63,840 nucleotides of DNA, taken from assembly GCA_905372495.1 (NCBI GenBank), contig CAJPPG010000001.1:1-63840 (forward strand), in the 5' to 3' direction. Position numbers and translations under genes: made by a program. Source of the DNA: Candidatus Saccharimonadota bacterium. Its GTDB lineage: Bacteria; Patescibacteriota; Saccharimonadia; Saccharimonadales; Saccharimonadaceae. The notes beneath the pieces were generated by a model. That model was not told where the DNA came from, ran no database searches, and saw only the letters and a program-made list of their open reading frames with translations. Of this stretch, positions 28,251-37,173 are shown in pieces (the first letter of the stretch is position 1; each line of letters starts with the position of its first letter).

Positions 28251-28343
28251 GGGAAGACGGCGGATAAGTCCCCTAGAGCCTCTGACTTAAGATCTCCTTA
28301 ATTCCATATTTGGCTTACTAGAGTAGTTATCTGGTGTTTTCCC
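28251..28343 (+). promoter_or_regulatory. Structured pnp 5' leader
   Basis: GGGAAGAC..CGGATAA pairs with TTATCTG..GTTTTCCC, enclosing smaller hairpins, just upstream of the SD. Confidence 0.5.
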
Positions 28344-28356
28344 AAGAAAGGAAAAA

Positions 28357-30522
28357 ATGGAAATAATTAATCCAACCGGCAAGCACACTTTTAGTGTGTC
28401 CACGGATTTTTGTGGACGCGAATTAAAAATTGAAGTTAACCGTGTCGGTTTTCGTACAACCTCATCTGTCCTCGTTACTTACGGTGACACCGTTGTGCTT
28501 GGTTCAGTCGTCGTTAGTGAGAAGCCAGTCGTTCAAGATTTCTTCCCACTCTCCATCGACTATGAAGAAAAATTCTATGCAGCCGGTAAAATTTCAGGTT
28601 CAAAATTTATTAAACGAGAAGGTAAACCTGCTGATGAAGCTGTTTTGATTGGTCGTCTCATCGATCGTCCAATCCGTCCTCTCTTTCCTAAAGGCTATCG
28701 TCAAGAAGTTCAGGTTGTTACAACCGTTCTCTCAATGGATCCAAGCTTCCGTCCAGATGTTATTGCTATGCTTGCCGCTTCCGCAGCTCTTCTAAACGCT
28801 GGCGTACCTTTTGATGGACCAGTCGCTGGTCTCCGTATCGGCCGTATTAATGGTCAATTCAAAGCTTTCCTCTCTAAAGAGGAGCGTGAACAGTCGGATC
28901 TTGATCTCGTAGTTGCTGTGAAAGATCAGAAGATTGTAATGGTTGAGGCTGGTGCTAATGAGGTCTCAGAAAATGTGATTATTGATGCTATGCGTTGGGC
29001 TGTTGAATTTGCTCAGCCAGCTCTTGAGCTCCAGAAGAAACTTCGTGATCAACTTAATGTTACTGAAAAACCATACGAGCTTAGTCTTCCAAATTCATTA
29101 ATTATTGAAAAAGTTGAAACTTGGACTCGTGAGCACTTCAAGGGTGAAGATGGTCAAATTGGTACTAAAATCCGTGGTAATGTGCTTGATCGTAAGCGTA
29201 TTGCCGACACCTTACGTGATCAAATGGATGCTGAGTTTGCCTTAGAGCTTGGTGAAGGTGAAACCGATGAAGAGAAAATCGCTGATTATGAGGCACGTCT
29301 CAAAACTGAAGTTCATGATGCATACGAGCTTGCAGCCCATCACGAAGTTCGCCGCGCTATTATTGAAGATGGTGTACGTCCCGACGGTCGCAAATTGAAT
29401 GAAGTCCGCCCTCTAAGTTCTCAGGTCTCAATTTTGCCTCGCGTTCACGGTTCGTCGCTTTTTACTCGTGGTCTTACTCAAGCTATGAACATTGTGACTC
29501 TAGCCCCACTTTCTTACGCGCAGATAGTCGATACTATGGAGGTTACCGATGGCGAGCGCCGCTATATGCATCACTATAATGCGCCAAGTTATACCGTTGG
29601 CGAAATTGGTCGTATCGGTTCTCCAGGACGTCGTGAAATTGGTCACGGCTACCTTGCAGAGCGTGCCCTTATCCCAGTTCTTCCATCTAAAGAAGATTTT
29701 CCTTATGCTATTCGTTCAGTGACCGAAATCATGTCTCAAAATGGCTCTACTTCTATGGCCGCCACCTGTTCATCCTGTCTTGCTCTTATGGACGCTGGTG
29801 TTCCTCTAAAGAGCGCAGTCTCTGGTGTTGCTATGGGCCTTATGCTTGATGGTGATACTCCACATGTCCTCACTGATTTAATGGACGCCGAGGACTTTGC
29901 TGGGGATATGGACTTTAAGGTGACTGGTACTAAGCAGGGAATCACCGCCCTTCAAATGGATATGAAGGTTCATGGTCTTCCAGTTAATATTCTTGAAAAG
30001 GCTATTAATCAATCTCACGAAGGTCGTATTTTTATTCTAGATCATATGCTTTCAATTATTTCTGCTCCTCGCACCGAGCTTTCTCCGTATGCCCCACGCA
30101 TTGAGAAATTAATGGTTAACCCTGATAAAATCGGTGCCATTATTGGTAAAGGTGGCGAAATGATCAATAAAATCACTTCTGAGACTGGTGCAGAGGTTGA
30201 CATTGAAGATTCCGGTCTTATCACAATTTCTGGTACTGATCCTGAGAAGATCCAGCGTGCAATCGACTGGGTTAAAAGCTTAGTTGAAGAGCCTGAAGTT
30301 GGAAAAATTTATAAAGGTAAAGTTGTTAATATTAAAGACTTCGGCGCTTTTGTGAATATTTTACCTGGTATAGATGGTATGCTTCATATTTCGCAAATCT
30401 CTGATAAACGTCTCGACAAGGTTGAAGATGCACTACATCTGGGTGACGAAGTGAAAGTTCGCCTCGAAGCGATTGATGAAAAGGGTCGTCTTTCACTCAG
30501 CATGCGCCACGTTGAGCAGTAA
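28357..30522 (+). CDS. pnp: Polyribonucleotide nucleotidyltransferase
   Basis: DFFPLSIDYEEK, RLIDRPIRPLF, RREIGHG, GDMDFKVTG, KH and S1 domains. Confidence 0.97.
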   Translation: MEIINPTGKHTFSVSTDFCGRELKIEVNRVGFRTTSSVLVTYGDTVVLGSVVVSEKPVVQDFFPLSIDYEEKFYAAGKISGSKFIKREGKPADEAVLIGRLIDRPIRPLFPKGYRQEVQVVTTVLSMDPSFRPDVIAMLAASAALLNAGVPFDGPVAGLRIGRINGQFKAFLSKEEREQSDLDLVVAVKDQKIVMVEAGANEVSENVIIDAMRWAVEFAQPALELQKKLRDQLNVTEKPYELSLPNSLIIEKVETWTREHFKGEDGQIGTKIRGNVLDRKRIADTLRDQMDAEFALELGEGETDEEKIADYEARLKTEVHDAYELAAHHEVRRAIIEDGVRPDGRKLNEVRPLSSQVSILPRVHGSSLFTRGLTQAMNIVTLAPLSYAQIVDTMEVTDGERRYMHHYNAPSYTVGEIGRIGSPGRREIGHGYLAERALIPVLPSKEDFPYAIRSVTEIMSQNGSTSMAATCSSCLALMDAGVPLKSAVSGVAMGLMLDGDTPHVLTDLMDAEDFAGDMDFKVTGTKQGITALQMDMKVHGLPVNILEKAINQSHEGRIFILDHMLSIISAPRTELSPYAPRIEKLMVNPDKIGAIIGKGGEMINKITSETGAEVDIEDSGLITISGTDPEKIQRAIDWVKSLVEEPEVGKIYKGKVVNIKDFGAFVNILPGIDGMLHISQISDKRLDKVEDALHLGDEVKVRLEAIDEKGRLSLSMRHVEQ

Positions 30523-30532
30523 TCTAGATATT

Positions 30533-30564
30533 AAAAAAGATTGGCTGAGAGGCCAATCTTTTTT
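30533..30564. terminator. Bidirectional terminator
   Basis: AAAAAAGATTGGC-tgagag-GCCAATCTTTTTT. Confidence 0.8.
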
Positions 30565-30580
30565 AGTCTATAATTGATTG

Positions 30581-31324
30581 TTAGATTTCAACGATGCCAG
30601 AATTTTCTTTTACGTTTGGATCCCAACAATAAAGCATAGATTTTCCATCTTTTATTCTCAAATCCTTAAAGACTCGTTTTGCTTCATCAGAGAGGGAATT
30701 GCAGTCTGGAAATCCGTTCCCAGTAAATATCTGCTTCCACTCTCCGTTAGGTAGAGCACGATAGTATCGTGCTACGTCACCTCCGCCAGCTCCCTCAACG
30801 CGTTTTGCTCCGGTCTCTTTATTGGTAATCACCATATATTCGCCACGAATATACATGTTGGCGATTAGATAGGTTGCATCCTTATTGGTGAAGATCTCCT
30901 TAAATGAGATAACCGGCCAGCTATCAACAATTGGCATTCCTTCGCTGTTTTTACCTTTCATCTTTCCCCTTTGTTCACGATCGATCATATCGACCAGGTC
31001 ACCAATCTTAGTATCTACCGCCATTGGCTTTACAATTTCTTTAATCTTAGTGTTCTCAACTTCCGTCTCAACGGCCTTAGTCCCAGTTGCTGTTTCATAT
31101 TTAGAGACTGTTTCGTTTGCCTTTTTTAATTCTTCTTTCGAAGTTTTTGCTTCCTGTTCAAGTTTATTTACTCGTCCTGAAAAAGAAGTACTTACATATG
31201 CTAGTCCACATAAACTAATGATCGTGGCTAAACAAAAAACCGCAGCCATTATCTTCAAGCCACGGTCTTTTTTGTGTTTTACTTTATTGTTATTTATATT
31301 GTCGATGCCATCCATATCGTACAT
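30581..31324 (-). CDS. Membrane-anchored coiled-coil protein, paralog of 33782..34648
   Basis: AGGAG SD before ATG 31324; single TM; IFTNK..TYL.A and YYR.LPNG.WK motifs. Confidence 0.75.
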   Translation of the reverse strand: MYDMDGIDNINNNKVKHKKDRGLKIMAAVFCLATIISLCGLAYVSTSFSGRVNKLEQEAKTSKEELKKANETVSKYETATGTKAVETEVENTKIKEIVKPMAVDTKIGDLVDMIDREQRGKMKGKNSEGMPIVDSWPVISFKEIFTNKDATYLIANMYIRGEYMVITNKETGAKRVEGAGGGDVARYYRALPNGEWKQIFTGNGFPDCNSLSDEAKRVFKDLRIKDGKSMLYCWDPNVKENSGIVEI

Positions 31325-31421
31325 AAAATCTCCTATAACCACACTATATCATAAATGAAACATTTTAAACTAAAAAGGCTTAGGTCGCGCTTATCTATAA
31401 TTATTATGCTATAATCTGTCT

Positions 31422-33668
31422 ATGGTAAAACGAAAAAAAGGTCGACGTAAATCTCCTCGCGATGTAGCTCCCGAGCATGAGCTGCCAGGAGGTTTTTGGC
31501 GTCAAGTCTCAGCAATTCTTATGATCGCTATTTCCATCGTCCTTGTGATGACATGGTTCGGAAGTGGCGGTACTCTTCTTAATGATTTTCATAAATTTGG
31601 CTTCTGGGTGATTGGCTATGCTACCTTTTCGATCCCGATTATTCTCGTTTATCTAGCAGTAAAGATCTTCCGCAGTACCGATAACCGTCTTCCAGCCGTC
31701 ATCTGGATTGTCTCATTCTTGATGATCTTCTGGCTCTCTGGACTCTTTGGGCTTCCGACCTATGGTACTAGTTTGGCTCAAACCGGCGGCATTCTAGGTC
31801 AGTGGCTAAATAGTCTTGTTACACAAATTCTCAATCCTAGCGTTGCTGCTTTTATCTATCTCGTCCTCATTTTTATTACCGCCATTTTTATTATGCAACT
31901 TTCTCCAGCCGCTGTTTTTCGTGATCTTGCCAGTCTCTTCAAGACCAGTCGCCGTGATGAGGATGCCGAAAATGCTCGCGTTGCGCGCCGTGCTCAAGCC
32001 GAGGATGCTATTAAATCTGGTGCTCTTGGTCCACTCAAAATTAAAGCCAATGGCGTTGAAGTTTCACCGGAAGACTTGAAGACAACACCAAAGATTGAAG
32101 TTAAGAAGCCGGTTATGGATAAACCAGTTGAAGCCGAGCCTGAACGTGCTCTGATTGAAGTTTCTGATCCAAACTGGAAAATGCCGAGTACTGACCTTCT
32201 GTCTAAAAAACAAAATCCGCCTGACGGTGGCAATATCCAACAAAATGCCTTCATTATCAACTCCACTTTTTCAGATTTCGGTATTGAAGTTAAACTCGAT
32301 GGAGCCAATGTCGGTCCACGTGTTACACAGTATACCATTCAACCACCAACCGGTGTCGTTCTCTCTAAGATTGCCGCTCGCGATAAAGAGCTAGCTCTCA
32401 ACCTTGCAGTCGATAAAGTTCGTATTGAGGCTCCAATTCCAGGCACTCGCCTTGTTGGTATTGAGATTCCAAATGTTCGCCCCGCTGATGTGACTCTCCG
32501 TTCTATTCTTGAAAGCAATGAATGGAAAAAAGAATGCAGTCCTCTTGCCTTTGCTGTTGGTAAGGATATTTCTGGTAATCCTGTTATTGCCAACCTTGCT
32601 AAAATGCCTCACCTACTCATCGCTGGTACCACCGGTTCTGGTAAGTCTGTTATGACTAATACTTTAATTTCTTCACTCCTCTACCGTAATGCGCCTAGTG
32701 ATATGAAATTAATCATTGTCGACCCTAAGCAAGTGGAAATGGTGCAATATAATGATATTCCACATCTTCTCACTCCGATTATTAATTCCACTGAAAAATC
32801 ACTTTCGGCCATGAAGTGGGCAGTCAATGAAATGGAACGTCGTTATACCCTAATGGCTGAGGAAAAAGTCAAGAAAATCGAAGACTATAACGAGAAATTA
32901 CAGAAGAAGACAGCTACTGTTGCTGATCAAGATAATAATGAGCAACAACATGATAGTGGTAAAATGCCGTACATCGTTGTAGTAATCGATGAGATGGCTG
33001 ATCTCATGATGCAGGCAGGGAAAGACCTTGAGCAATTAATTGTTCGTATCGCACAAAAAGGTCGTGCTTCTGGTATTCATCTCGTTCTCGCTACTCAGCG
33101 TCCTGAAGTTAAAGTTATTACCGGTTTAATTAAAGCTAACGTTCCAGGTCGTATCGCCTTCGCCGTTAATAACAATACGGACTCTCGTATTATGCTTGAT
33201 ATGGGTGGTGCAGAGAAACTTCTCGGTAAAGGTGATATGTTGATGCTGACTACCGAAATGATGGGTAAACCTCGTCGTATCCAGGGTGCCTATGCTTCCG
33301 ACAGTGATGTTGAAAAACTTACAAACTTCCTTCGCGAACAGCGTGCACCTGAATATAATAATGAGGTTATTTCCCAGGCTGTCCAAATTAAAGGTATCGG
33401 ACCAACCGATGGTGGCGGCTTTGGCGACCTTGGTCGTAAATATGATCCAAACGATCCAGTTGTCCGCAAAGCTATAGAAATTACGCTTACAAAAGGTAAA
33501 TTCTCCACCGCCATGTTGCAGACCTATCTTGGGAAAGGTCATGGCTTCGTCTCTGGTCTTGCTATCTGGCTTGAAGAAATTGGCGTCATCGGTCCCGCTA
33601 ATGGCAATAAGCCTCGCGAGGTGATGATCAAGAGTCTTGAAGAATTCGATCAGCTCGCTAATGTCTAA
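31422..33668 (+). CDS. ftsK: DNA translocase FtsK
   Basis: 4 TMs; PHLLIAGTTGSGKS, VIDEMADLMM, HLVLATQRP, GAEKLLGKGDML; gamma domain. Confidence 0.96.
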   Translation: MVKRKKGRRKSPRDVAPEHELPGGFWRQVSAILMIAISIVLVMTWFGSGGTLLNDFHKFGFWVIGYATFSIPIILVYLAVKIFRSTDNRLPAVIWIVSFLMIFWLSGLFGLPTYGTSLAQTGGILGQWLNSLVTQILNPSVAAFIYLVLIFITAIFIMQLSPAAVFRDLASLFKTSRRDEDAENARVARRAQAEDAIKSGALGPLKIKANGVEVSPEDLKTTPKIEVKKPVMDKPVEAEPERALIEVSDPNWKMPSTDLLSKKQNPPDGGNIQQNAFIINSTFSDFGIEVKLDGANVGPRVTQYTIQPPTGVVLSKIAARDKELALNLAVDKVRIEAPIPGTRLVGIEIPNVRPADVTLRSILESNEWKKECSPLAFAVGKDISGNPVIANLAKMPHLLIAGTTGSGKSVMTNTLISSLLYRNAPSDMKLIIVDPKQVEMVQYNDIPHLLTPIINSTEKSLSAMKWAVNEMERRYTLMAEEKVKKIEDYNEKLQKKTATVADQDNNEQQHDSGKMPYIVVVIDEMADLMMQAGKDLEQLIVRIAQKGRASGIHLVLATQRPEVKVITGLIKANVPGRIAFAVNNNTDSRIMLDMGGAEKLLGKGDMLMLTTEMMGKPRRIQGAYASDSDVEKLTNFLREQRAPEYNNEVISQAVQIKGIGPTDGGGFGDLGRKYDPNDPVVRKAIEITLTKGKFSTAMLQTYLGKGHGFVSGLAIWLEEIGVIGPANGNKPREVMIKSLEEFDQLANV

Positions 33669-33741
33669 GCGAAAATAAATGAGTCCTACTAGTTTTTGAA
33701 ATAATATTCCATAATTAGTAGATTATTCGCCAAAATACCAT

Positions 33742-33772
33742 AAAAAATATAGCTTCCTTGAAGCTATATTTT
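33742..33772. terminator. Bidirectional terminator
   Basis: AAAATATAGCTTC-ctt-GAAGCTATATTTT. Confidence 0.7.
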
Positions 33773-33781
33773 AATTTGATC

Positions 33782-34648
33782 TTAAAGGTGCTCGGTATCT
33801 TTTATGTCGTCGCCTTTCATGCAGTTATAATTCTTTTGACCGTCTGGTCTTTCGACATCATGATAAATCTTACGAATTTCAGGTGAAAATTCTGAGCATT
33901 TTATAAGCATTTGAGTGACAAACCCATACTTCCAGTCTCCATTTGGTAATTCTCGGTAGTATTCTCTGGCAGCGCCGCCAGCCTGTAGTGATGCGTAGAG
34001 GTATGTACCAGCCTTGTTTGTAAAGATTTGGCCACTAGTAATTGGATAATTTCTTCTGTCTATTAAATCAAGTAGCTGCTGGAATTTTATATCATAAGCA
34101 GCATTCTTGATCACGGTTTCGGTCGTCTTTGTTTCTTTAGCGATGCGTTGCTCGTCCTTATTGGCTTCTTCTAGTTTTGTTACCTTCTCCTGAGCCTTCT
34201 TAGTCTCTTCTTTTGAAACTGAGAGATCGTGATACAACTGCTGACGCTGAGTTTGATTTGTAATGATCATATAAGCAAGCGCCCCAACTGCAGCGACCGT
34301 AGTTAAGGCAAAAAGTGGAGTTAGTGATAGCTTTTTCTTTTCTACCACCACTTGCTGGGTTTCAGGAACCTCGACGATTGGAGTAGACTGCACACTAGGA
34401 TTAACTTCTGTTTGCTCTGCGTTTGTAGTCTCCTCTGTGGATCCTAAAGTGTCCTCTTGTTTTGTTACTGATTCCTCTATGTCATCAACTGTTTCCGCAG
34501 TTTTTTCTGGTGATGCATCAACCCAGTCAGTAGACTCATTAATCACCGCCATACCCCCGGATGACTCCGTATCCGTCTGGTCGGTATTAAGGGAAGCCGC
34601 ATTCTTATTCATGGCATTATCTTGATTTAGACTATTTTCACTATCCAT
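33782..34648 (-). CDS. Membrane-anchored coiled-coil protein, paralog of 30581..31324
   Basis: Acidic disordered N-terminus, TM, coiled coil and the shared C-terminal domain. Confidence 0.75.
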   Translation of the reverse strand: MDSENSLNQDNAMNKNAASLNTDQTDTESSGGMAVINESTDWVDASPEKTAETVDDIEESVTKQEDTLGSTEETTNAEQTEVNPSVQSTPIVEVPETQQVVVEKKKLSLTPLFALTTVAAVGALAYMIITNQTQRQQLYHDLSVSKEETKKAQEKVTKLEEANKDEQRIAKETKTTETVIKNAAYDIKFQQLLDLIDRRNYPITSGQIFTNKAGTYLYASLQAGGAAREYYRELPNGDWKYGFVTQMLIKCSEFSPEIRKIYHDVERPDGQKNYNCMKGDDIKDTEHL

Positions 34649-34814
34649 GCATTCTCCTTTTTCTTGATTGTAGCATAAGTTTTATCAAAAAACATAAACA
34701 CTGTAACTGATATTCATCACTAGTTGAAAAAATCATCTCAATCTGGTATAATCAAGTCATTATTAGCTCAGCAAGCGACAAGAGGTGTGCTTGCTTTAAC
34801 CAAAGGAGTGCAAA

Positions 34815-35171
34815 GTGAAACAGTATGAACTTACTGTGTTGATTCATCCTGATTTGGAAATGAATCTAACACCAGCCCTAGACAAGATTAATAAATTAAT
34901 CGAGTCACAAAACGGTAAAATCGTTAAGGAAACCAACGAAGGTAAGAAGCGCCTTGCTTATTCTATCAACAAACAAGATTACGCAGTTTACTACTTCTAC
35001 GAACTTGAGCTTCCAGCTCAGGCTCCAGCCAAGATTTCTTCCACCCTTAATATTACCGACGAAGTCTTACGTTATCTCTTAGTCACTGTCGATGAACGCA
35101 AAGCTAAGTTTGAAGCTAAGCGCAAAGCTCGTGCAGAGAAGACTAAAGATACTGAAGAATCAGCAGAATAA
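34815..35171 (+). CDS. rpsF: 30S ribosomal protein S6
   Basis: YELTVLIHP, GKKRLAYSI, VLRYL; GTG start with AGGAG SD. Confidence 0.96.
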   Translation: MKQYELTVLIHPDLEMNLTPALDKINKLIESQNGKIVKETNEGKKRLAYSINKQDYAVYYFYELELPAQAPAKISSTLNITDEVLRYLLVTVDERKAKFEAKRKARAEKTKDTEESAE

Positions 35172-35191
35172 AATAAAGCGAGGAGGTTTTT

Positions 35192-35635
35192 ATGGCGCGG
35201 GGATTTAGTAAGGCAATCATTACAGGTAACGTAGTACGCGATCCTGAACTCAGAGCCACATCTGGTGGTACTCAGGTCTGCTCGTTCTCTGTAGCAGTAA
35301 ATTACAATTATGTTCAGAACGGTGAGAAAAAGGAACAAGTTTCCTATATCAACTGTTCTGCTTGGGGTAAAGCTGGCGAAATTATCGCACAGTACGCCAA
35401 GAAAGGTACCGGCATCCTTGTTTCCGGACGTCTTTCTCAGCGTGCCTTCGAAGATAAAACTGGCGCAAAGCGTTCAGCCACTGAAATCGTTGTTGAAGAC
35501 TTCAACTTCTTAGGTGGTGCAGGCGAAGGTTCTTCTTCTAGAAGTTATACTCCAAGTAGTAATAATGAATCTGCCGATATCATTCCTGATGATATTCCAG
35601 ATGAGCCTATCGACCTCAGCGAGGTTCCATTCTAA
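35192..35635 (+). CDS. ssb: Single-stranded DNA-binding protein
   Basis: GNVVRDPELR, OB fold, acidic tail ending VPF. Confidence 0.96.
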   Translation: MARGFSKAIITGNVVRDPELRATSGGTQVCSFSVAVNYNYVQNGEKKEQVSYINCSAWGKAGEIIAQYAKKGTGILVSGRLSQRAFEDKTGAKRSATEIVVEDFNFLGGAGEGSSSRSYTPSSNNESADIIPDDIPDEPIDLSEVPF

Positions 35636-35654
35636 AATTAATTAAGAGAGAGTT

Positions 35655-35861
35655 TTGAGAGAAATGAAAAGAATTAAAAATGATCCAAATCTTTACTTCG
35701 ATTATCGTGATGTAAAGACTATGCAGCGTTATATCGACGTTTATGGCCGTATTGAGCCAATTTCAAAGACTGGTTTATCCGCTAAACAGCAAAGACAATT
35801 AGCAGTTGCTATTAAGCGTGCTCGTCACCTTGCTTTGCTTCCATTTGTATCTGTCAACTAA
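35655..35861 (+). CDS. rpsR: 30S ribosomal protein S18
   Basis: DYRDV...[26 protein letters not shown]. Confidence 0.96.
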   Translation: MREMKRIKNDPNLYFDYRDVKTMQRYIDVYGRIEPISKTGLSAKQQRQLAVAIKRARHLALLPFVSVN

Positions 35862-35875
35862 TTAGGAGAAAAACT

Positions 35876-36436
35876 ATGTACGGTCCAACCGATCTAAAGA
35901 AAAACGTACTCATCACCTTGGACGGCCAGCCATACAAGGTTATTGAGTACTCCCAAAAAGTTATGGGACGTGGTGGCTCCATTGTTAATGTTCGCGTGAA
36001 GAACTTAATTACTGGCGCTCTTATTCCAAAAACCTTTAAAGGTCAGGAAAAAATTGAGCCAGCTGAGGTTACCACTAAAAAAGTTCAGTATCTTTATAAA
36101 GACGATGATAAGTTCTACTTCATGGACCCAACCACCTTTGAGCAGTACGAATTGTCAAACGATCTAGTTGGTGATTCCAAAGATTTTATGAAAGATGGTG
36201 ATGAGATGGAAATCCAGTTCTATAACGGTTCTGCCATCAACCTCACCCTACCAAAGAATCTTTGGCTTGAAGTAACTTATACCGAAAATGCCGTCAAGGG
36301 CGACACATCCACTTCAGTGATGAAGGATGCCACTCTTGAAACTGGTGTAGTCATTAAAGTCCCAGCTTTTATTAAAACAGGTGATATTGTCTCTGTAGAT
36401 ACGGAAACTTATGCCTATCGTGAACGACAAAAATAG
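35876..36436 (+). CDS. efp: Elongation factor P
   Basis: MGRGG loop, VKGDT, ATLETG...VPAFIKTGD. Confidence 0.95.
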   Translation: MYGPTDLKKNVLITLDGQPYKVIEYSQKVMGRGGSIVNVRVKNLITGALIPKTFKGQEKIEPAEVTTKKVQYLYKDDDKFYFMDPTTFEQYELSNDLVGDSKDFMKDGDEMEIQFYNGSAINLTLPKNLWLEVTYTENAVKGDTSTSVMKDATLETGVVIKVPAFIKTGDIVSVDTETYAYRERQK

Positions 36437-37097
36437 TTTAAAAAGTTTGAGATTCTCTGTGCATAAAAATAAGAATAGAGAATTGCAGACTCATGTTACG
36501 GTAAATCATACTATACCAGTATCAAGGGCTGAGAATAAGCTTGCGGGTGCGGCGCAGGCTTTTTCTTATGATTTTCGGGATAAGCTCGTTCTTGATATTG
36601 GCTCTAGTACTGGGGGATTTACTGAATATGCGATAAATCATGGCGCAAAAAGAGTTATCGCAGTTGAAAAAGGGACAAAACAGATGAAAGTACCATTACG
36701 CTATGATCAACGTATTAATTTGTATGAAAAAACAGATATTTTTTCGATAACTCGCGAGTCCCTATCAAAAGACGAAAATAAAATCGATACTATCCTCGCC
36801 GATGTATCATTCGTTTCATTGAAAAAAGTTTTAGACTATGCGAAAAAACATTTAGCTTACCATAAGACAGGTTTTCTTGTTATGCTAAAGCCACAATTTG
36901 AGGCAAAACCTTATGAATTAAAAAATGGAATAGTTAAGAATGAGAAGATCCGACGGGGAATTATTAAGGATTTTGAAGTTTGGCTCAAGGATCATGGCTT
37001 TATTATTATCAACAAGCGAGACAACCTATTGGCAGGGAAAAACGGTAATCTAGAGCGCTTTTATTATTTAAAAATTGCTAAGAAAACAAATTACTAA
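36411..37097 (+). CDS. tlyA: TlyA-family RNA methyltransferase lacking the S4 domain (start uncertain)
   Basis: VSRA..KL, VLDIGSSTGGFT, DVSFVSL, LKPQFEA, GKNGNLE. Confidence 0.85.
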   Translation: MPIVNDKNSLKSLRFSVHKNKNRELQTHVTVNHTIPVSRAENKLAGAAQAFSYDFRDKLVLDIGSSTGGFTEYAINHGAKRVIAVEKGTKQMKVPLRYDQRINLYEKTDIFSITRESLSKDENKIDTILADVSFVSLKKVLDYAKKHLAYHKTGFLVMLKPQFEAKPYELKNGIVKNEKIRRGIIKDFEVWLKDHGFIIINKRDNLLAGKNGNLERFYYLKIAKKTNY

Positions 37098-37173
37098 TCA
37101 AAATTATTTAAATTAATATTACCTGCTGTTTTTAAGGGGGTGGAAAACAAAAATAGGCGCGGAGAACTCTGTG

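Noticed and set aside
34765..34814. S6:S18 leader RNA before rpsF
   Set aside because: A hairpin (AGCAAGC/GCTTGCT) is present, but I could not see the conserved CCG motif, so it was not called.
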